64,000 nucleotides of DNA, from positions 62,001-126,000 of the forward strand of contig NIVC01000029.1 in the NCBI GenBank assembly GCA_002269645.1, read 5' to 3'. Positions 59,450 through 64,000 of the stretch are shown one piece after another; the first letter of the stretch is position 1, and every line of letters starts with the position of its first letter. The translations under genes and the position numbers were made by a program. The notes below the pieces were generated by a model, which saw nothing but the letters and a program-made list of their open reading frames with translations, made no database searches and had not been told where the DNA came from. This stretch comes from Macrostomum lignano. Its lineage: Eukaryota.

Positions 59450-60975
59450 ATGTCATCTGAGTCAGTCATTCTATTTGTATCTTCACTGTTCAATTCTTCA
59501 TTTCCTTTATTTTCACTCTGCAAATTATTGTCTATAAAGACTCAATTGAATTTTATTTTCTTTGTCTAAGCTTTCCTCCTGAAGTGTTTGTACTTTCTTT
59601 GATGCTGTTTAAAGTGGCCTGGCAGGTCTTGAAATCCCACCCCTGCCACCAGTGAAGTGCTTGTACTTTCTTTGATGTTGTCTAAAGATGACTTGGCAGG
59701 TCTTGAAATCCCACTGCTGCCACCAGTGAAGTACAGACTCTTGATCGCTTCCCAATCAGTCACTTAAGCTATTGGCCGACTCTCCTAGGAAGCCTCCTAG
59801 TTGCTCTTAGTAGCATTGGTAGATGCTGCCACTAGCTTGCTCGGATCTTCTCCTTCAATGAGGGAGACTCCAGGCTAAGCGAAATAAATAAGACTTAGGA
59901 ACTCAGCACACTATGCAGATTTGACAGTTTGCACCAGTGTACACCTCATCAGTGGTCCTGCCGGGCTCAAGTGTGGGGATTGGGAACTGTGCTAGTTCTC
60001 ATTAGCTTGGCTGAGATTATTTACATAAGCTCAGTCACTCAGGTAAAGATAAATCTGGAATTAGAATAGAGTTTGCAAAGGCTAGCGCAAGATGCGCAAT
60101 GCTTAGCCCAGATTTATAAAATGAAAGGTGGTCAAGAGCGCAGTGAGAGGAAAAGTCAGAACAGAAACAGGGTTGCCAGAACAGAGGCACAAGAGGCCCA
60201 TACTTATAGGATAGCGGATTGATTTCACCATGCAGTGCAATCCCCCATTGTGCCAGAGTATGCAAGGCCACTCTCACTGTGCCCCCAACCTGGCATGATT
60301 CAGTTCTATTTTTAGAAACAAGCGTGGAGCCCCACCAGAGAGGCAAGGACACTGTTCCTTGAACAGTGTCACACAAGCCACACAAGAAAGGGGGAGAGAG
60401 GCCAGACAGACAATAAACCAAGAGCAGGCTGAGCGGAGAAGCTCAGACACTAGGAAGGCGGAGGAACTGAAAAAGGGAGGCAAGGGAGGAAACATAGGCA
60501 GCCAAAATGGACAAATGGGGCCAAAAGGAAAAGGAGAGGGAGAAGGAGATAGAGAGGGAGAGGGGGAGAGATGCGACCAGCGCAGTCAACAGCTCAAAAG
60601 GGCGCAGGGAACTGTTAACAAAAGTGGGGCATCTAACACTAAACTAGTGCTCACTTCACTCCCCAAAAATTGGAAATTCAATATTAAGAAAGTTATGTAC
60701 ATATGAAATTTTAAATGAAATCCTGCTGCTGCCACCAAGTTGTGACAGGTTTGTTTCTTCTGTCTTTTGAAATCTTTATAGCATGATACTAATACTGTTG
60801 CAGGCCCTTAATTTAATCTCTTGATACTACCAAAGTTGTACTAGTACTAAACTTCTCTCTTAATAATAATCCCACAGATATACAAGTATTTTACCATTTC
60901 TTTGTATAAGTCTGAGTGGCATTCTTGTAGCATTCTAGTAGTGTTCTGGTAGCCTGGGTGGTCTTATTGGTATAT

Positions 60976-61973
60976 TGAGGTAGGGGCGAAGAAAAAATGA
61001 ATGAATTGGGCATTGGTTCAAAACTTTAAATTGACCCCTATGTTGTCTCGGCACTTGTAAAGCCAGAAAATTTCACAAACTGATTTGTATAGCTTCTCCT
61101 TTGATACTCTGTCTGCCGGGTCCTCAATTCCAGGGGGAGGGTAGTTGTAATCGCAGTTGAGTGGTCTTTTAATTGGCACAGTCATTCAATTGGGTCCTCA
61201 GGCACTATAATTTTGTAATCTGTCAATATGCTTGGCTTGTTACTATCAGTAGTAAAGTAGCACAGCCACCACCATAATTTTGTATTACAGAACATTGAGG
61301 GTCTCGGTGCTTTCTTTGAGATGAGACTACTTGATTGTTTTTTGCCCCGTGGGAAAATTACTCAATAGAAAACTAAGGGTTTCAATTAGGAACAAACAAA
61401 TAAATAGTTTATTAAATTGGTTAATTATTATTATTAGGTTATTAACTGGATAAATATTAAACTGCAACAGAATTACTAATTATTAACTTTGTGGTGGACT
61501 CAACAAAGAGCGATTTGGCGGTGCCGAGAGCAAACTAGTGGGTGGCTAAATAAAAATCAAACACTAAGTGTGCACAAGTTGAAGAATAATCAAACCAATG
61601 TAAGTAAGCACAGGCTCACAAGAGCCCAAACTCACTAGAACACAAGAGAGTGCATGAGAAGCAAAATGGAAAACAAGGCATATAAGTAGCATTAGGCACA
61701 GCTAATCCCAGAGGGTAGGCCACCAAATGGGACAGCAAAAAGGACACCCAAAGGAAAAAGTAAAAAAAGCTAGCCACTGGGAACAATAAAACAAAATGGA
61801 CAAGGGATGGGGCAACAAACGGAGCAAATGGGGGAGCAATGGACAGGACAGCCAGGGGAACATGCGAGGGATCAACAGAGGAAAAAATGACGTCAGTCAT
61901 CATCTGGTGGAGAGCTGCCTTGTTTGCGTCAGTGACTGCTGTCATCCTCCCAGTGGTAGACCAGCCTACTACA
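60976..61973. mobile_element. Solo LTR (998 bp)
   Basis: TG...CA termini (TGAGGTAGG vs reverse complement TGTAGTAGG); 4-bp TSD ATAT (60972-60975, 61974-61977); removing it restores GGTATATGTACTAC as in the paralog near 52995. Confidence 0.8.
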
Positions 61974-62826
61974 ATATGTACTACTTTTCTAGTCTGGGTG
62001 TTACTGAGATTAGAGGGTTACAGTGCTTGCTTTTAGCATGTACTTCTAATGCATGTACTCTTTTTGTATATACTCCTCTGATCCCCTTACAAAATTTCTT
62101 TGAATACTTCTTAGAACTTCTTGTGCAAAATAAATGATTGATGCTTTATGAATCTGAAAATTGTTTTTAGTGAATACATTTGTAAGCATATAGCAAGCAA
62201 ACAAGTTGAAAACCATTCCTAGAACTAAAGAATTGAAACCAGTATAGTAGATAGAAACCATCTAAAATTTGAGTAAATTTGCCTTAAATTTGAGCAATTC
62301 TTTTAAACTTGTGTTGCAATTAAAAATTTAGTGTTTTATACCTGTTACTAGTGCTTAAGTTTCTTCTTACAAAGTATGTTCTTAAATTTTTGGAAATGCC
62401 ATCAAGGCTACTAGCACCTAATGGTCAGCAAATTGCTCTGCAGCAGTACTATTCTGTCTGTTCCACTTGCCACAACAGCCAAGTAGCTGTAAACAACTGT
62501 TTAATTAGATGCAGAGAGGTTTGGCTCAGCATAAAAAAGACATCTAATTGTAAAATTTACAATGACTTGCAAATTTTCTAACCCAGTGATCCTCAGCAGC
62601 CTCCTCAATTTCTTTATTAATTCTTTGATATACGAAATTAAGGGATTTGTTTGACTTAACATTTTGCAAAATATTTGCTTCTTTAATTCTTTTTTAATAG
62701 ATTTGTTTTTATAGACAAGGTTTCGAAGAAAAAAATATATGAAATTTGGCCATGAAATTTCCAGGCTTACAATATAATTTCAACTTCAAATTGCTAAAAA
62801 TAAGCACTTTAAATGCTCAACTTCAG

Positions 62827-63039
62827 CAGCTAACTGTGCAGCTGCCACAGCTGGAATCCGGCAACCAAACGGGCTGCTGGAGTCTCATTGAATTGCAAGG
62901 CAGTTTTGAAAGTCGCACTCTAGCCGAAGATAATCTCATTGATCAGGAAGAAAAACTTCGCGGCGGACTTATTGGCGATCTGCTGTTTAGTCGGCATTCT
63001 GGACAGCCTCTGCTTATTGTTGGTCACCATTTATTGCAG
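62827..63039 (+). CDS. CTF8: Chromosome transmission fidelity protein 8 exon (partial gene; start uncertain, later exons outside the window)
   Basis: WSLIELQGSFESR..GGLIGDLLFS..GQPLLIVGHHLLQ matches the CTF8 pattern (W.L.ELQG..LGDL..P.LIVGHH.L.G); donor CAG|GTAATT at 63040; candidate acceptor at 62825-62826, or in-frame ATG at 62752. Confidence 0.85.
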
Positions 63040-63464
63040 GTAATTAATTAATTAATGAGTTCTAGTAATAACTATCCTTACCTCGCTTGTCAAATGCTTA
63101 TTTATTGACATCACATACTAGAATAAGTATGTAAGATATGTCGCTTGCAAAAAATGCACTAGTCTACTTTTGTCAGTAGCAAATTTAGCGTTTTTGCCTT
63201 ACTAAAATTAAAAAATCCGTAAAGTCTACAGGATAATAAAGCTGAAAAAATCGCCATCGGCTTTCTAAAAGCAGACCCACTAATTTAGGCTGTAATTGAT
63301 TTCAACAGAAATAAATTCGATACTGAAGATTTCCTGAAAAATTGAAAAATCCAAATCCAGTGCGGGTGCATAGCGAGCAAAAGGGAAAAGGGGTGGCGCG
63401 GCGCGGCGCGGCACCCCGGTCCCCAGCCAGACCGATAAACAGTTTGGCTTTCCTCATGTCTGAC

Positions 63465-64000
63465 TTTGATCTCTCTCCTTAATGCTCTCTCATTGGCTGA
63501 GCTAGATTGTGCCTGTCCCCTAGGCTGAGCTTCGTCCGTCTGACTCTGACCTCTCTCCTTACTGCTCTCTCATTGGCTGAGCTAGATTGGTCCTGCCCCC
63601 TAGGCTGAGCTTCGTCCGTCTGATTTTGACCTCTCTCCTTACTGCTCTCTCATTGGCTGAGCTAGATTGGTCCTGCCCCTAGGCTGAGCTTCGTCCGTCT
63701 GATTTTGACCTCTCTCCTTACTGCTCTCTCATTGGCTGAGCTAGATTGGTCCTGCCCCCTAGGCTGAGCTTCGTCCGTCTGATTTTGACCTCTCTCCTTA
63801 CTGCTCTCTCATTGGCTGAGCTAGATTGGTCCTGCCCCCTAGGCTGAGCTTCGTCCGTCTGATTTTGACCTCTCTCCTTACTGCTCTCTCATTGGCTGAG
63901 CTAGATTGGTCCTGCCCCCTAGGCTGAGCTTCGTCCGTCTGATTTTGACCTCTCTCCTTACTTCTCTCTCATTGGCTGAGCTAGATTGGTCCTGCCCCCC
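63465..64000. repeat. 79-80-bp tandem array (probably in a CTF8 intron), ~7 copies, runs off the window
   Basis: CTCTCTCCTTACTGCTCTCTCATTGGCTGAGCTAGATTGGTCCTGCCCCCTAGGCTGAGCTTCGTCCGTCTGATTTTGAC. Confidence 0.95.

Noticed and set aside
62590-62640. Minus-strand RINKEIEE peptide resembling a ubiquitin-conjugating enzyme N-terminus
   Set aside because: Only six or seven residues, no downstream UBC exons, and stops follow.

Overview
Eukaryotic (animal) genomic DNA: spliceosomal introns, GC-rich exons and AT-rich intergenic DNA dense in minisatellites and transposon debris. The style is consistent with a Macrostomum-like free-living flatworm (inference only). I rebuilt exon chains by hand from GT/AG signals and reading-frame phase. 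Genes: gcm (+, 3 exons, 374 aa); a 13-exon, 627-aa type I membrane protein with two ependymin/LolA-like repeats and a GC-AG intron (+); histidine ammonia-lyase HAL (-, 10 exons, 699 aa); a 2-exon secreted Cys-rich protein (-, 116 aa); one CTF8 exon (+). Mobile DNA: a decayed Crypton-type tyrosine-recombinase element, a near-intact Gypsy LTR element (99% identical LTRs, 5-bp TSD), a solo LTR, an APE-RT LINE with 12-bp TSD, tRNA-derived SINEs and several MITEs with TSDs. Most striking: (i) an 85-bp GT-AG intron in the recombinase active-site motif, bounded by a 13-bp direct repeat containing AG|GT, which looks like intron birth by insertion plus duplication; (ii) nearly every long intron is filled by its own tandem array, some with higher-order structure; (iii) related GGCGCC-core arrays in inverted orientation. 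Most long ORFs in the supplied track are artefacts of repeats. No CRISPR array, rRNA or intact tRNA gene is supported.
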